Assembly: GCA_038087875.1 (NCBI GenBank)
Contig: CM075991.1
Location: 5,766,001-5,830,000, forward strand
From: Malacoraja senta
Lineage: Eukaryota
Direction: 5' to 3'
DNA length: 64,000 nucleotides
The translations under genes and the position numbers were made by a program. Positions 11,708-25,852 of this stretch are shown piece after piece. The notes beneath the pieces were generated by a model that was not told the DNA's origin, made no database searches, and saw only the letters and a list, made by a program, of their open reading frames with translations. Every line of letters starts with the position of its first letter. Position 1 is the first letter of the stretch.

Positions 11708-13667
11708 ATGGAATATCCAGCAATTTACTGCATAGCCGCCACTTTCTACCCTGTACTTGTGGCGGTCAGTATTCCTGGTAAGATACTGGGACCAGTACGT
11801 TTAGTTTTGTACAGAAAAACTGCGCGGAAAGAGGCCCTTCGATCAACCGAGTCCGCGCCAACCAGCAATCCCCGCACACTGACGGCACACGCTACGGACA
11901 ATTTTCAATTGTACCATCCCAATCAGCCTACAAACCTGTGCATCTTTGGAGTGTGGGCGGATACCGGAGATCCCGGAGAAAACCCAATAAGATCGCGGGG
12001 AGAATGTACAAACTCCGTGCAGGATCAAACCCGGGTGGTTGGCGCTGTCAGGCAGCACATTTAATGCTGCGCACCGTGCCGTACTGCGTGCAGTTCTCCT
12101 TCCTTTCTGTATCTGCTACTCTGAAGAATAGTCGCTTTGATACCCAGCCCACATGCTACCTCAGCTGACGAGTGTCTTCGGAAGGTTCAGGCTTCAGAGT
12201 CTGTTTTATTTCTGGCATTTTTTTCTTGTTAATGTGTGGTTCTTTTGTCAATCAGGTCAGTTAATTTAGAGCTTATGTTTACATTTTTTCAGCATGTAAC
12301 CGTATTCATATTGTTTCTGGCGCATATTCTTCAAGCTCTGGGTCTGATTAATACAGACTTTTCCACCAAGAGTCAGCGAATGAGACATGTATACATGTCT
12401 GTCAACATGCCTGTTGAATTATCACAACTAGCTGAAAAACCTTCCGGGTTTTCGTTCTCTGATTCATTTGCCAGTTTTGATTTTAGGGCTGTGTTTCCAC
12501 TTGCTAGGTCTGATATGCCTGAGGAGGCAGTTCTTTCTGAGTTTAATGCTCTCTGATACGAGTTCATTTCGATTGACGCAACGACTCGAAATGACTGAGG
12601 TGATCAGTGCATCGTAGACATTAGGAGGCCGGCTGTAAATTGCTGCAAATTACCGACACATCTGCCTCTTCGATCAGCACCGCTCTAAGTATTTCTCCGA
12701 ACGGAAATTTAGTAAACTGGATCAGGTTTTTGCTCATTGAAACTAACGTTTTATTTTGTTTCTTGCAGTTAATTTAACGGCGATTGTGATCCTCTCCCGG
12801 GGAAAATATGGTCTCTCCAAATGCATCACCCGTTACCAAGTGGGAATGGCAACAGCGGATCTAATGGTAGTTGTCATTGTTGCTGCCATTGAACAAGTTA
12901 ATAACATATACGTTTACGCTAGTTCCTTGCTCATTACACCGGTTTGCGCTCTGACACTAATACTAAGGGTTGTAACAATCGACTGTTCCATTTGGTTCAC
13001 CGTCAGTTTCACTTGCGATCGTTTTATGGCGATCTGTTGTCAAAAGCTACGTGAGCGCTACAGCACCGAGAGAGCAGCCTGTGTGATTATGGTGACTGTG
13101 GCTGTCGTCAGCTGCGCCCGATCGTTTCCCTTTTACTTTGCCGTGGAGCCTTCTGTCATAATTGACAATGTGCCTTGGCGTTGCGTCTTCTCAGAGGAGT
13201 ACGCCACTTTGTCGGTATGGAAAGGTTATGATTTACTTGACAGCATCTTAGCACCGTTGTTACTTATCGGTTTAATCCTGTTGTTCAATGGGTTAACTTC
13301 CAGACATATCATAGCGGCCAATAGAGTTCGCAGACGACTTCGGAACAGCCATGAGAACCAGAAGGATACAGAGGTGGAGAACCGGAGGAAAGCGATGATT
13401 TTGCTCTTCGCTGTATCAGGCAATTTCATATTATTTTCGATACCCAATGTGGTTCATTCTCTGACATGGTAAACACGTAATTTCTTTTACACGGATAGAT
13501 ATTTGAGCAGCTCGGTATATATCCTGCAGCAGTTTGGATTTATGTTGCAGATTGGCAGTATGTGCACAAACACGTGTATCTATACACTGACACAGAGGAA
13601 ATTCAGGGACCAGCTGAAGAGTGGAGTGAAATATCTACTCACATTGAATGGCCAATTATGTAGTTGA
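11708..13667 (+). pseudogene. GPR139/GPR142-like GPCR pseudogene (exons 11708-11777, 12769-13667)
   Basis: GT-AG intron in phase 1 and 7TM motifs. CAA to TAA at 13470-13472 removes ECL3, TM7 and helix 8. The frame continues to the original TGA at 13665-13667. Confidence 0.88.
11798..12082 (-). mobile_element. tRNA-derived SINE (HE1/V-SINE-like) in the GPCR intron
   Basis: Minus strand starts cggcacggtgcgcagc...acccgggtttgatcctg (A/B-box-like), then gagtttgtacattctcccc core and a CR1-like tail. The same insertion occurs at about 38154-38440 and 58035-58319. Confidence 0.75.
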
Positions 13668-13891
13668 CGTGTAACTCTGATAGCAACTTGGATGAAATTT
13701 CAAATAAATGTATTTTACAATTCGTACCTTCGGTAAAATACCATAAAGTCAATGCAGGCGTGCGCTTGAGAACCGAGAGCTCGGTATACTCACGTCACGA
13801 TATTGGTCACGTTTGGAAAGTGTGGACACATTCAACGTGTTGCAGTTGTGATGTTGCATTGGTGGAATTATATTCCAAACCACTGGATCTT

Positions 13892-16800
13892 TCTTAAATA
13901 TTTTATTTTATTAGAAGTAAGTACAGTCATATGGCACCAAAGTGCCTAATATATATTTGCATAATACATTTTATGTACATCTTCTTATTTTTTTAAATTA
14001 TAATAAAGAAGAACAAGAAAAAGAAATTAGATAATAAAGAATAGAAAAACGTGAGATATATAGTGTCTGAAAAAGAATAAAATGAGAATGCAAGAAGAAA
14101 GTTGAAGAAAAGAGAATAGGAAAAAGAGAGTAAAAAATACAAATAAAAAAGAAATAAGGAGATCATTATTTATAATCTTGACCATCCCTCACCCAGTCCT
14201 GAAACAGTTCGTTTCTACAATTATGTTGCACCATATGATTCCAAAAGGACGACAAATGGAGACCAACTCGTTAAGAATTGGTCTGATTTTTCTATTAGGA
14301 GGAATCGCATTTCTTCAAGATGTGCGGTGTCCAACATGCTTGCGATCCACATTTTAAGCATTGGTATTGGTGTATATTTCCAAAATTTAAGTATTCGTTA
14401 TTTTGCTATTATTAAACCATAATTAAAAAATAAATGTTGAGATAAGTTCAATTTATTCCCATCTTCCATTACTCCAAATATAATCATTTCAGTATTAGGT
14501 TCCATTCTTATTGTGAATAATTTTGTAAATATATCAAAAAATCACTCCAAAATCTATAAAGTTTTATGCAGGAAACAAAAGAGTATGTTATAGTTGCGTT
14601 TTGAGATAGACATTTATCACAAATGGGGGATATATTTGGATGGAATTTGTTCAAACTTGTTTTTGAATAATATAATCTATGTAAAATGTTTAATTGAATT
14701 AGATTATGTCTTGCATTAATCGAACATTTGTGTATATATATCAAATACTTATCCCATGTAACCTTCGTAATTTTTATCATTAATTCCCGTTCCCACTCTT
14801 CTCTAAGTACCTTTGTCGATGGTAAATCTATATTTAAAATACTATTATATAAATATGATATTAATTTTTGTGAGTCAGCTTTAATATTCATTGCTTCTTC
14901 CAATAAGTCAGAAGTTACTTTTTGATATCCTTGTATGTATTTCTTCATGAAATCGCAAATCTGAAGATATTTAAAATATTGGTTATTTTTCAATTAAAAT
15001 TTTAATTGTAATTGTTGGAATGATAATAGATTTCCCATTTCATACATATCCCCGGTCCTTTTAATTCCTAAACTTTCCCATTGGTTATATATTTTATCAA
15101 TAAGAGATGGTTTAAATAAAGTGTTTTTCGCTATAGGCGTTAACAATTATAAATTTCTTAATTTTAAGGATAATTTTATGTGTTTCCAAATTCTTATTGT
15201 ATCGTGTATAATTGGGTTCTTCTTATATATTGTGTTGTTCAGTTTTTTCGGAGAGAAGAGGATCGTTCCTATATTACAAGGAAAACAATCCTCTTTCGCC
15301 ATTGTTATCCATTCTGTCTGTTGGGTAGAACTGTCCAACCAATAAATTATATTCTTAATATGCGCTGCCCAATAATAATACAAAAAATTCGGGAGTGAGT
15401 ATCCCCCGACATCTTTTGGTTTACATAAATGTTTGTTTTAAATTCTATGTGATCTATAATCCCAAATAAAATTGGTAATATTAGAGTCAAATTTTTTAAA
15501 GAAGTATTTTGGTATATATAATGGTATAGACTGAAATAGGTATAATAATTGTGGTAGAAAGATCATTTTTATAGCATTTATTCTACCTATTAATGATAAA
15601 GAAAGTGTTTTCCAAAATTTAATCAACATATTGAGTTTATTAGTAAAGGTATAAAATTAGCGTTGAATATTGCTTTATATTTTCTCGTAATTTGAATACC
15701 CAAATATTTATTTTTTTCTGTTGCAATTTTAAAGGGGAACTTCAGTAAAATTCCTCTATTAAATTTAATAAATTTGGTATTCTCGTTTGTGACTTTGTAA
15801 CATATAAAATTATATCATCTGCATATAATGAAATTTTATTATTTGAGTCCCTAGTGTTGTAGCCATGAATATTCGGATGAATTCTTATACTTTCAGCCAA
15901 AGGCTCTATCATAAGGGCAAATAGCAGGGGTGATAACGCACATCCCTGCGTACTGCCCATTGATAATTGAAAATTTTAAGATAACATATTATTAGTTAAT
16001 ATTCTTGCCATCGGGTTATCATATAATAGTTTTAACCGTGTAATAAAATTCTCTCCCATATTAATTTTTTGCAGTACTTTATATAAGTACTGCCACTCTA
16101 CCTGATCAAATGCTGTCTCTGCCACCAGAGAAATAATTGATATATCTTCTTCCTCCCTTTTATGCGAGTACATTATGTTAAACAGGCGTCTCAAATTATT
16201 AAATGAGTATCTTTTCTGTATTAACCCCGTTTGATCAGGATTTATCAGTTTACTAATATATTTGCATAATCTTCTTGCTAAAGTCTTCTCTAAAATTTTC
16301 TGGTCTGTATTTAAAAGTGATATAGCTCTATATGAGCCCGGATCGTCTAAATCTTTATCTTTTTTGGAATAAGCGTAATAGTTGATTCTACTAATGTTTC
16401 AGGTAGTTTATTTTCTTTAAAAGCATGAGTATATAAATGAAATAAATAAGGAGTCGTTATCTCATGAATTTTTTTATAAAATTCATTACTAAAACCACCT
16501 GGTCCCAATCTTTTACCATTTTTCAGCGATTTTATTGTTTCACCTATTTATTCAATTGCAATTTGAGCTCCAAGTTCTTCTTGTTCCAAAAGGACAAGTG
16601 TTGGAAGATTACAGTTATGAAAAAAAAATTGTTTTACTATCTTCTATTTTAGATTTAGATGCATATAAATTTTTGATAAAATTGAGCAAATCTATTGATA
16701 ATATCTTTAGGTAGTATTAATAATTCACCTTTCTATGATTTAATTTTAGTTATAGTATTTTCCTTTTCTTGTTTTTTCAATTGACGAGCTAAAAGTTTAT

Positions 16801-18900
16801 GTGGTTTGTCACCAAACTCAAAATGTTCCTGTTGTGTATTTTGGAATAGTCTTATTACTCTTGCTGATAAAATTCGATTAAGTTTAAATTTCAGTAACAT
16901 TATCTTATTATGTTTATCTGTAGTGGAATCTTTGGCATTATCTAACTCTAACTGTCTAATTTCTTGTTCTAACAGCATTTGTTCTGTCTTATTCTTTATA
17001 TTTTGAAAAATTTGATATGAAATTATAATTCCTCTAATAAATGCCTTTAAAGTTTCCCATAATAAAGAAGGCGAAGGACCTGGTGTATCATTTGTCGCCA
17101 AAAAAAAAATAATTGTTGTTTTAAGAATTGATAACCTTGTAAGTCATTTAAAATATGTGTATTAAACCTCCAAAAAAAGATTTTACCCGGCATTCCCTCA
17201 AATTTTACTGAAAATGTCAACGGAGAGTGATCAGAAATACCACTAATGTGGTATATTGGATTAATTGTATATGGCATTCATTTCATATCCACTAAAAAGT
17301 AATCAATTCTTGAATAAGTTTATGTACCGAAGAGTAAAACGAGTATTCCCTTCCTACTGGATTAGCAGATCTTCATACATCTGTTATATTAGTATTTTTT
17401 ATATATGTATTTAGAAGTTCACTAGTCTTAGATTTTAAATTACTCCTCCTTTGTTTTACTGATTTGTCTAAGTATGGATCTAACACACAGTTGAAGTCAC
17501 CCCTATTATCACATTTTGGTAATTAAACTCTAATATGATATCTATAATTTTACCAAAAAAATTGGGGGTTGTCAAAATTCGGAGCGTAAATATTTATCAT
17601 AGTTAGTGGGGTTGCATAAATTTCTCCCGAATCTATAATATACCTTCCCTCTTTATCTGATATAGTATTCTTTAATTTGAAAGGTATACCTTTTCGAATA
17701 TGAATAGCCGTACCTCTAGATGTGGAAGTAAATGACGAATAGTATGTTTGACCTATCCACTTCGCCTTTAATCTCATTTGTGTTTGTTGTTTCATGTGGG
17801 TTTCCTGTAAAAACATTATGTCGCTTTTCAAAGATTTTAGTTGAGCAAAAATGTTACCCCTCTTTATTGGTTCATTGGCACCCGTTAAATTCCAACTACA
17901 GAATGTGATTCCTCCATTCTTTATTTGTCTATCGTCTTGCATTATATATCAAAATAGTATTCCTGAATCATATGGTGCAAGCAAATACCTCAGAGTTATG
18001 GGTGTTGGGTGGTCATCCCAAGTTTTTAGATTTATATTACATCTCCTTCTTGAAAAGTACCTTAATAAAAGAGAGAAAAAATGTGATATAAAGTTGAATA
18101 CAAACAAAATAAGCAAATACAAGTCTTTCTAGTGATTTAAAAAAAATAGTGATGTTAAGGTATCTAACAAAAGATACCTTAAAGGCAAGTAGCCACCTAA
18201 GGTGGCGAAACATTTATGGACTTCCGTTGATGTTGTTTTACATTGAGCTCCAATCCCTTAATAAAACCTCATAAAAAGCTACAGACCGTTTCATATCTTA
18301 TTTATTCTTATTTAATTTTATCAAACTGGCACCAGTGAAAACAGAAAACATTCAGACAAAAATATTTTAAAGAATATATATATATATAAATATAAGTATA
18401 TATGCCTTTCCAATTTATCTAACCTTAATCTAGTCTAAACTTTACCATAAATGTCCACCCAAGATTCTTACGTAATTCTTACCCATCCTTTAACTACCAT
18501 ACAAGCAGGTACCAAGGGGTTAAACAAAACCTAATTCCTGGATCTTTTCCAGGTTTATGCTGCGCCTAACTCCTTCCCACACCAGAAAAGTAGGTTAGTA
18601 ATGTTATAAACATTTTGCTTGGTTACTATTTATAAGCATATATAATTTATAAGTATATATCATTAATATTAATTCATTTCCCTTTTTGAATATATAAAAT
18701 CATAATTATATACACTCCCATTATCTCCTTCCCCGTCTCATGGTTTATTCATGATTTGTTCATTTTACTACATACATTCACGAGTAATTAGTATTATTAA
18801 ATTTGTTAAAATAATTGGTTAATTATAATTAGAATATAATGGTTAGATATTTTCTTAAATCAACAGTTTTTATATTCCAATTAGTATTATCTCGTTCCAT
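13892..18900 (-). mobile_element. L1/Tx1-clade LINE, degenerate ORF2 plus spacer, 5'-truncated
   Basis: ORF2 begins at 17942 (TFCSWN, FLQETH, INIYAPN), with QGCALSPLLF, SLYADD and CDKC further on. Many frameshifts. The 5' boundary is approximate. Confidence 0.88.
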
Positions 18901-19240
18901 GTCCATTATACATTCCCTCATTACTTCTGTATCTTCAACGTCAATTCAACGTCAACGTCAATCTTCAATGAGATGTTTTTTGTAGCCTCTTCCTGACCCT
19001 CCAATTGAACTTGAACTAACTTATCAATGGACTTATCAAAACTTATCAAAAGACTTGGAATCTGATGAAGAATATTCAGATGAAGATCAGATGTAATGTA
19101 AACAAATAAATTGGGGAAATAAATGATTATATAAAGTTTTATTTTAATGTCGATGGTTTCACTGTTTATTTGGTCAAATTATTTAAACAATTAGTGAATT
19201 ACTTGTGATCATGACGTGCTGGTGAATGACAGTGCGACAG

Positions 19241-19415
19241 TCCACCCACCCATCCATACATGCATACATACACACATCCACACACATATCCATCCGTACG
19301 TACACTTCCGTACATGCACACACACATACATTCATACATACATCCACACATCCATCCACACATCCATCCATCCACATATACATACACACTTAAATCCACA
19401 CATCCACAGATACAC
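19241..19415. repeat. Degenerate CA/CATA/CATC microsatellite
   Basis: Directly visible low-complexity run. Confidence 0.9.
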
Positions 19416-19806
19416 CTTTGATAGTTAATAATAATAATACATTTTATTTGTACAGCGCATTTCTTTTTTTTATTTTTTTTTATTTTATTAGAAGTTAATA
19501 CAATACAAAACAATACAGTGGCACCTAATTTGGGTGCCAACTATGTCATAACGTAATGCATTCTATGTACAACCTCTAGTTTTATGTTTTTGAAAAGGAG
19601 GTAAAAAATAAAAAATAAAAAATAAAAAAATAGAGAAAAGAAAGTGGAAAAATAAATAGTAGAAAATAGAAAAACGTGAAGTGTGTATATAAGAAAAGAA
19701 AAAATAGAAAGTAGAAATAGTAGAAAAAGACCCTTAAAAAAGAAAATTTCAAATCTTTGTTTGGAGATGTAAATCTATCCACGACCTGACCTGAAATCAG
19801 TAATCT

Positions 19807-22800
19807 TTACGGTACTGCTGCATCACATGATTCCAAAAAGTCGATGAAAGGGGACCAACTCCTTAAGAATTGGTCATATTTATCTATTAGGCCGAGTCTC
19901 ATTTCTTCAAGGTGTGCTATGTCCGTCATATTCCTAATCAACATTTTAATAGTTGGTATAGCTGTATTTTTCCAAAATTTATGTATCAATTTATTTCCAA
20001 TTATTAACCCATAATTAAAGAATACTTTTTGGTCTTTGTTTAAATTGATATCTTCTAATATTATTCCAAATATAATCCATTCCATATTAGGTTCTATTCT
20101 TGACTTGAAGAGCTTTGTAAATATATCAAATATATCGCTCCAATTCAACTTTGTACATCCTACAAATGAATGTGTTATATTGGCATTTTGAAACAAACAT
20201 TTATCGCATCTGGGAGAGACATTTGGGTAAAATTCATTCAACCTCGTTTTTGAATAATATATTCTATGTAATAATTTAAATTGAATTAAATTATGTCTTG
20301 CATTAATGGAACAATTATGTGTATTCATCAGATACTTTTCCCATCTATCTTTCGGGATCTTTAACATTAGTTCATGTTCCCAATCTTCTCTTAGTGCCTC
20401 TGTTGAGGGTAATTCTCTATTTAATATACTATTATAAAAATATGACATTCGTTTTTCTGAATCAGCCTTAATATTCATTGCTTCTTCTAAAGGGTCTAAA
20501 AATATAGTTTGAAATCTATATATATATTTCTTCATAAAGTCACATATCTGTATATATTTAAAATATTGATTATCATTCAGTTTAAATTTTAATTTTAATT
20601 GTTGAAATGATAACAATTTGCCCAGTTCATACATATCTCCTACTTTCCTAATCCCCAATCTATCCCATTGTTTATATGTTTTGTCGATAAGAGATGGTTT
20701 GAATGCAGGATTATTCAGAATTGGGGTTAATACTGATAGGTTATTTAATTTCAAGGATAATTTTATTTGTTTCCAAATTCTTATTGTATTGTGAATAATT
20801 GGGTTCTTCTTATATATTATACTATTCAATTTTATTGGTGAGAACAAGATCGTTCCTATATCATACGGGAAACACTCCTCTTTTTCCATTCTTATCCACT
20901 CCGACGGGTGAGTTGAACTATCCAACCAGTACATTATGTTCTTAATATGCACTGCCCAGTAGTAATACGTAAAGTTAGGCAGTGATAAACCCCCAGCTTC
21001 TTTAGGTTTACACAAATGCTTTCGTTCAATTCTGTGTGCTCTATAATCCCATATAAAATTAGTGATATTAGAATCTAGTTTTTTGAAAAAATATTTCGGA
21101 ATATATATTGGGATCGCTTGAAACAAATATATTAATTGTGGTAAGAAAGTCATTTTTATAGCGTTAATTCTACCTATCAATGAGAGTGGGAGCGTTTTCC
21201 AAAATTTAATCATAACATTCAATTTATTTAATAGTGGCATAAAATTGGCGCTAAATAATGATTTGTGTCTTCTCGTAATTTGAATACCTAAATACTTGAA
21301 TTTTTCTGTTGCAATTTTGAAAGGGAATTTTAATAAGTGTCTCGCATCCTATGGTTTTAAAGACATGATTTCGCTTTTATTCCAATTTATTCTATATCCT
21401 GAAAAAGAACCAAATTCCTCAATTAGTGTTAATAAGGTGGGAATACTCGTTTGTGTATTAGTAATATATAAAAGAATATGATCAGCATATAATGAAATTT
21501 TATTCTTTGAGTCCTTGGTGTTATAACCATGAATATTCGGATGATTTCTAATCCTTTCAGCCAGCGGTTCTATCATAAGGGCAAATAGCAATGGTGATAA
21601 GGCACAACCCTGCCTATTACCCCTTGATAAATAAAAATTTGAAGATAACATATTGTTAGTTAATATTCTTGCCGTAGGTTTATCATAAAGTAGTTTAACC
21701 CATCTAATAAAATTTTCTCCCGTATTAAATTTTTCGAGTACCTTATATAAATACTGCCATTCTACCTGATCAAATGCCTTCTCTGCATCCAGCGTAACGA
21801 CTGAAATATCTTCAATGTCCTCTTTGTGAGAGTTCATTATATTGAAAAGCCTTCTCAAGTTATTAAATGGTTGTCTTTTGGGTATAAATCCCGTTTGATC
21901 CGGGTTTACCAATTTATTAATATAATTATTCAGTCTTCTTGCTAGAATCTTTGCTAAAATTTTCTGATCCGTATTTAAAAGTGATATAGCTCTGTAAGAA
22001 CCCGGTTCATCTAAATCTTTATCTTTTTTTGGTACAAGCGTTATTGTTGATTCTGCTAAAGTTTCTGGTAGTTTATTTTCGGTATAAGCCTGCGTGTATA
22101 AGTTGAGTAATCTTGGTACAAGTGACTCCTGAAAGCGTTTATAAAATTCATTACTAATACCATCTGGTCCTGGGGTCTTCCCAATTTTCAATTAGTTTAT
22201 TATTTGTTTTATTTCTTCACTAGTAATCCGTGCTCCTAATTCCTCTTGTTCTAAACTATCCAATTTAGGGAGGTTGCAAATATCTAAACAATTTGTAATT
22301 TTACTATCATCTGTATTTATTTTAGTTGTGTATAAATTATGATAAAATTGGGCAAACATTTTATTAATATCCTTTGGTAATGTTAGAAGCTCACCCTTAT
22401 CAGATTTAATTTTAGTGATAGTATTTGCCTTTTCTTGTTGCTTCAGTTGCCTCGCTAATAATTTATGTGGCTTATCCCCAAATTCGAAGTGTGCCTGTTT
22501 TGTAATTTGGAATAGCCTTATTACTCTACCCGATAATATTCTATTGAGTTTATATTTCAATAAGGTTATCTTATTATGTTTATCTATAGTTGGGTCACTT
22601 GCATTGTCCAGTTCTAGTAATTTTATTTCCTGTTCTACCCTCTGAAGTTCACTTTTATTTTCTTTATTTTGATAACTTTCATAAGAGATTATAACACTGC
22701 GAATGTATGCCTTAAAGGTTTCCCATAATAGCGATACAGAAATACCCGGCGTATCATTTGTCTCGAAAAAAAATGGTGTTTCTTCTTTTATATACTCATA

Positions 22801-23610
22801 ACCCTGCGGGTTATTTAATATTTGTGCGTTGAATTTCCAAAAAGATTTTATACCCGGCATTCCCTCGATTTTAAGTATAAAAGTCAGTGGTGAATGATCG
22901 GAAATAATACTATTATGATATGATGGTTTAATTGTATACGGGATTAATTTTGTATCCACTAAGAAATAGTCAATTCGTGAATAAGTTTTATGAGGCGACG
23001 AGTAAAACGAATATTCCCTTCCAATTGAGTTTGCTATTCTCCAAACGTCAGTTATGTTATTATTTTTTATATAAGTATTTAAAAATTCACAGGTCTTAGT
23101 TTTAACTAGACGCTTCCCTACCTTTATTGATTTATCTAAGTATGGATCTATAACACAATTAAAATCTCCCCCCATTATAATATTTTGATAATTATGCTCT
23201 GCAATTATATCTAGTATTTTCTTAAAAAATTGGGGATTATCAAAATTAGGCGCATAAATATTTATCATAGTTAATGGTGTATTGTAAATTTCTCCCGTGA
23301 CTATAACGTATCTTCCCTCTTTATCAGATATGGACTTCTTTAATTTAAAAGGTATACCTTTCCGAATTATAATGACCGTGCCTCTTGCTTTAGAAGTGAA
23401 TGAGGAGTAGTAGGTTTGACCTATCCAGTTTGCCCTTAATCTGATCTGCGTTTGTTGTTTCAAATGCGTTTCTTGTAGGAAAGCAATATCAATGTTTAAT
23501 GATTTTAATTGTGCCAGAATTTTACCCCTCTTAATTGGCTCATTCGCACCTCTAATGTTCCAACTACAAAAAGTGAGACCTCCGGTGTTTATTCGACTAT
23601 TATCTTGCAT
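19807..23610 (-). pseudogene. L1 ORF2p (APE-RT-Cys domain) in a single frame with two nonsense codons
   Basis: 1268 codons in one frame, with stops at 22192-22194 and 21349-21351. Catalytic YADD reads YADH. Confidence 0.9.
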
Positions 23611-24525
23611 TGGCTATTATTACCAGAATGTATAATTCATGTGATGCAGCCAAGTACCTCGAAATCCCGAGTCCAGGGTTGTCCTTCATAATTTCTGCAC
23701 TAGTTTTACATCTCCTGACACTATTAAACATAATTAAGGGAAAAAGAAAAACATAAAATGAAGTGTTCATAAAGATTGTTAAATCATACAACGCATAATA
23801 GTGAATAAACAAAAAAAGTGAATGTAAGTTATCAAAAAGGCGATATCTTACAAAAAAGCTACCTACGGTGGCTAAGATTTGTTTTAAATTGACCTCCGTC
23901 GATGGAATTATGCACTGGGCTTTGTCCCCCTAGTAAAATATCATCCAACATTAGTTGGTTTCCTCCACATAACCAAAATTATCATGTCAGGTCGATTAAT
24001 AGCCAAAAAATTTAAAATAAAATAGAAGAAAAGCTAGAAGATTTACAATAAAATAAAATAGAATTATTATCGTCATTAATCAGACTTTTCATTAGCCTGT
24101 ATGTTAGTTGATTCGTAATTAGTATTTAGAATATCTGTCTAACCTCCCCCATCCTTCCTACTATATAGTTAGTCATGTTAGTATAATACATTAAACCTTT
24201 AGGGTTAATTTAGTTTATTGCGTATATATAATTAATTAGTTAGTTAGTTATATGCTGTATATCTAAATAATAGATCATATAGTACTAAGACAAAGGCAGA
24301 CCAACAAGACTGTTATAAATTCAAAAAAGAACAGTCAATAAAACTCAGGGCTGAAAAACTTGGCGCAGAGCCTGCGACCTTGAACTTTCCATCTGTTGAG
24401 CCTCAGTTTTTCAATTCAAGATAAAGTTGGGACTCTGTTATTAAAAAACACATTCTGGCCAAATAAGTATGTCTGAAAACCGTCTAAACAAAGTAAAAAA
24501 CAAGTTCAGCCGGCGTAGTGTCTCG

Positions 24526-25641
24526 TTATTCTTTTCCTTGAATTTTATTTAAAATCTCCTGGGCATATTTGCAAGCTGAATCCGGATCCGTGAATGAACG
24601 TTGCTTAGCATTGTACGTAATTAACATTTTAGCAGGGTAGATAACTCCGTAACGAACTTCAGAATGTCCTTGTACGATACTGCTTGCACTTTTAAACTGG
24701 CGTATTTTTGCCAGTATTTCCCGAGGGTAGTCTCTGTAAAATCTAACAATATTATCAGCGAATGTAAGATTTTCTCCATAAGATATCTTGTTTAATAAAT
24801 TTTCCAAAGTCGAAATGTCTAAGAACTTTACAATAATTTGACGTGGTGGAGCATTCGCTCCTCTTTGGAAGCGACCAACACGATGAGCCACATCTATCTT
24901 TGGTTTTTCTGGCAGTTTGAAAACATCTTTACGTAAATTAGTGATAAAATCACCCATTTCAGAGCCGTGCTCTGCCCCCTCTTTAACTCCTATTATTCTC
25001 AAATTCTGCCTCCTTGACCTGGCTTCCAAATCTTGACATTTCTCATTCAGTTTATTCGTCAGCTCCCAATTCGCGTCGTGTTCTTTTTTCAAACCTGTTA
25101 TTTCCTGGCCCATCTGCTGCATTTCACCCTCCATCTCTTCCATCAATGTTTCAGTCTTTGTTAATTGCTTCAGCAGGGAGTCATGTTTATTGTTATAATC
25201 TCTCTGCATTCTTTCCAATTCCTTAGCAGTCCTCGACTCCAAATCTTTGAACTGCTGGTTCAGGGATACGTAAAGTTCCTTTAATTCTCCACAGCTAGTG
25301 TCAATTTTCTCAGAGAGATTATCCTCCATTGAAGAAAAATTGTTCTGCATTCTGGAATTCATTTTAGCAAATTGCTTCTGAAGATCTTTAGTAATGTCTT
25401 TAGTAATATTAACTCTTACCGATGCTTCCCAGCTTTTCATTTCTTTCTCCCTTTCTTTTAACTCTTTTGTTTCAGCACTTGCAGCCATTTCGACTGTTGG
25501 TTGTTGAGATTCTAGCTCCTCTTCCAAACTTTCAAATGTAGATTCAGGAGTGGTTTCAAGCTCATCCAGAGCTTTTTGGAGCTGGAGCTGGAGACTGATT
25601 GTAGTCTTCTTGGGTCCTCTCTGACCTCTTCCCTTTTTCAT
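24526..25641 (-). CDS. L1 ORF1p (coiled coil + RRM/CTD), open, 371 aa
   Basis: DLEARSRRQNLRIIGVKEG, IDVAHRV, PPRQIIVKF, FYRDY, YPAKM. Confidence 0.9.
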   Translation of the reverse strand: MKKGRGQRGPKKTTISLQLQLQKALDELETTPESTFESLEEELESQQPTVEMAASAETKELKEREKEMKSWEASVRVNITKDITKDLQKQFAKMNSRMQNNFSSMEDNLSEKIDTSCGELKELYVSLNQQFKDLESRTAKELERMQRDYNNKHDSLLKQLTKTETLMEEMEGEMQQMGQEITGLKKEHDANWELTNKLNEKCQDLEARSRRQNLRIIGVKEGAEHGSEMGDFITNLRKDVFKLPEKPKIDVAHRVGRFQRGANAPPRQIIVKFLDISTLENLLNKISYGENLTFADNIVRFYRDYPREILAKIRQFKSASSIVQGHSEVRYGVIYPAKMLITYNAKQRSFTDPDSACKYAQEILNKIQGKE

Positions 25642-25852
25642 CCGATTTTTACCGGTAAAATCGTTTTAAATCCCGATTCCACCGGCACCGTCTGATGACA
25701 TCAGTACCCACGAGGTTCAGCAATCCCGGTAAGAGTTTTTAAATCGATCCTGGCGTAGGAACCGAGTTTATACACGATTTGTCGGGAGCAGAGCTCTGTG
25801 CAGCTGTCTTACTGCTTCATAGCAGCCACCGGAAGTCCGTACAGCGCATTTC

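Larger units (their letters stand above)
1..17776 (+). repeat. Segmental duplication, copy A (paralog of 46336-64000)
   Basis: Near-identical sequence and ORF track. The offset is 46335 at the start and changes through discrete indels to 46224 at the window end. Confidence 0.97.
19464..25838 (-). mobile_element. Full-length L1/Tx1-clade LINE (6.4 kb)
   Basis: 14-bp TSD gtacagcgcatttc at 19450-19463 and 25839-25852. 5' end GGACTTCCGG, ORF1, ORF2 and an A-rich tail. Confidence 0.95.

Noticed and set aside
11681..12064. 127-aa ORF (also 38064-38399, 57918-58301)
   Set aside because: GPCR exon 1 read through the splice donor into the intronic SINE.
12010..12082. tRNA gene
   Set aside because: Degenerate tRNA-derived SINE head with no complete cloverleaf.
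12236..12567. ORFs of 106 and 64 aa conserved in three copies
   Set aside because: They lie in the GPCR intron, show no recognisable motif, and recent duplication explains the conservation.
19183..19782. Cys/Val-, His/Thr- and Phe-rich ORFs
   Set aside because: Translations of the microsatellite and the L1 A-rich 3' UTR.
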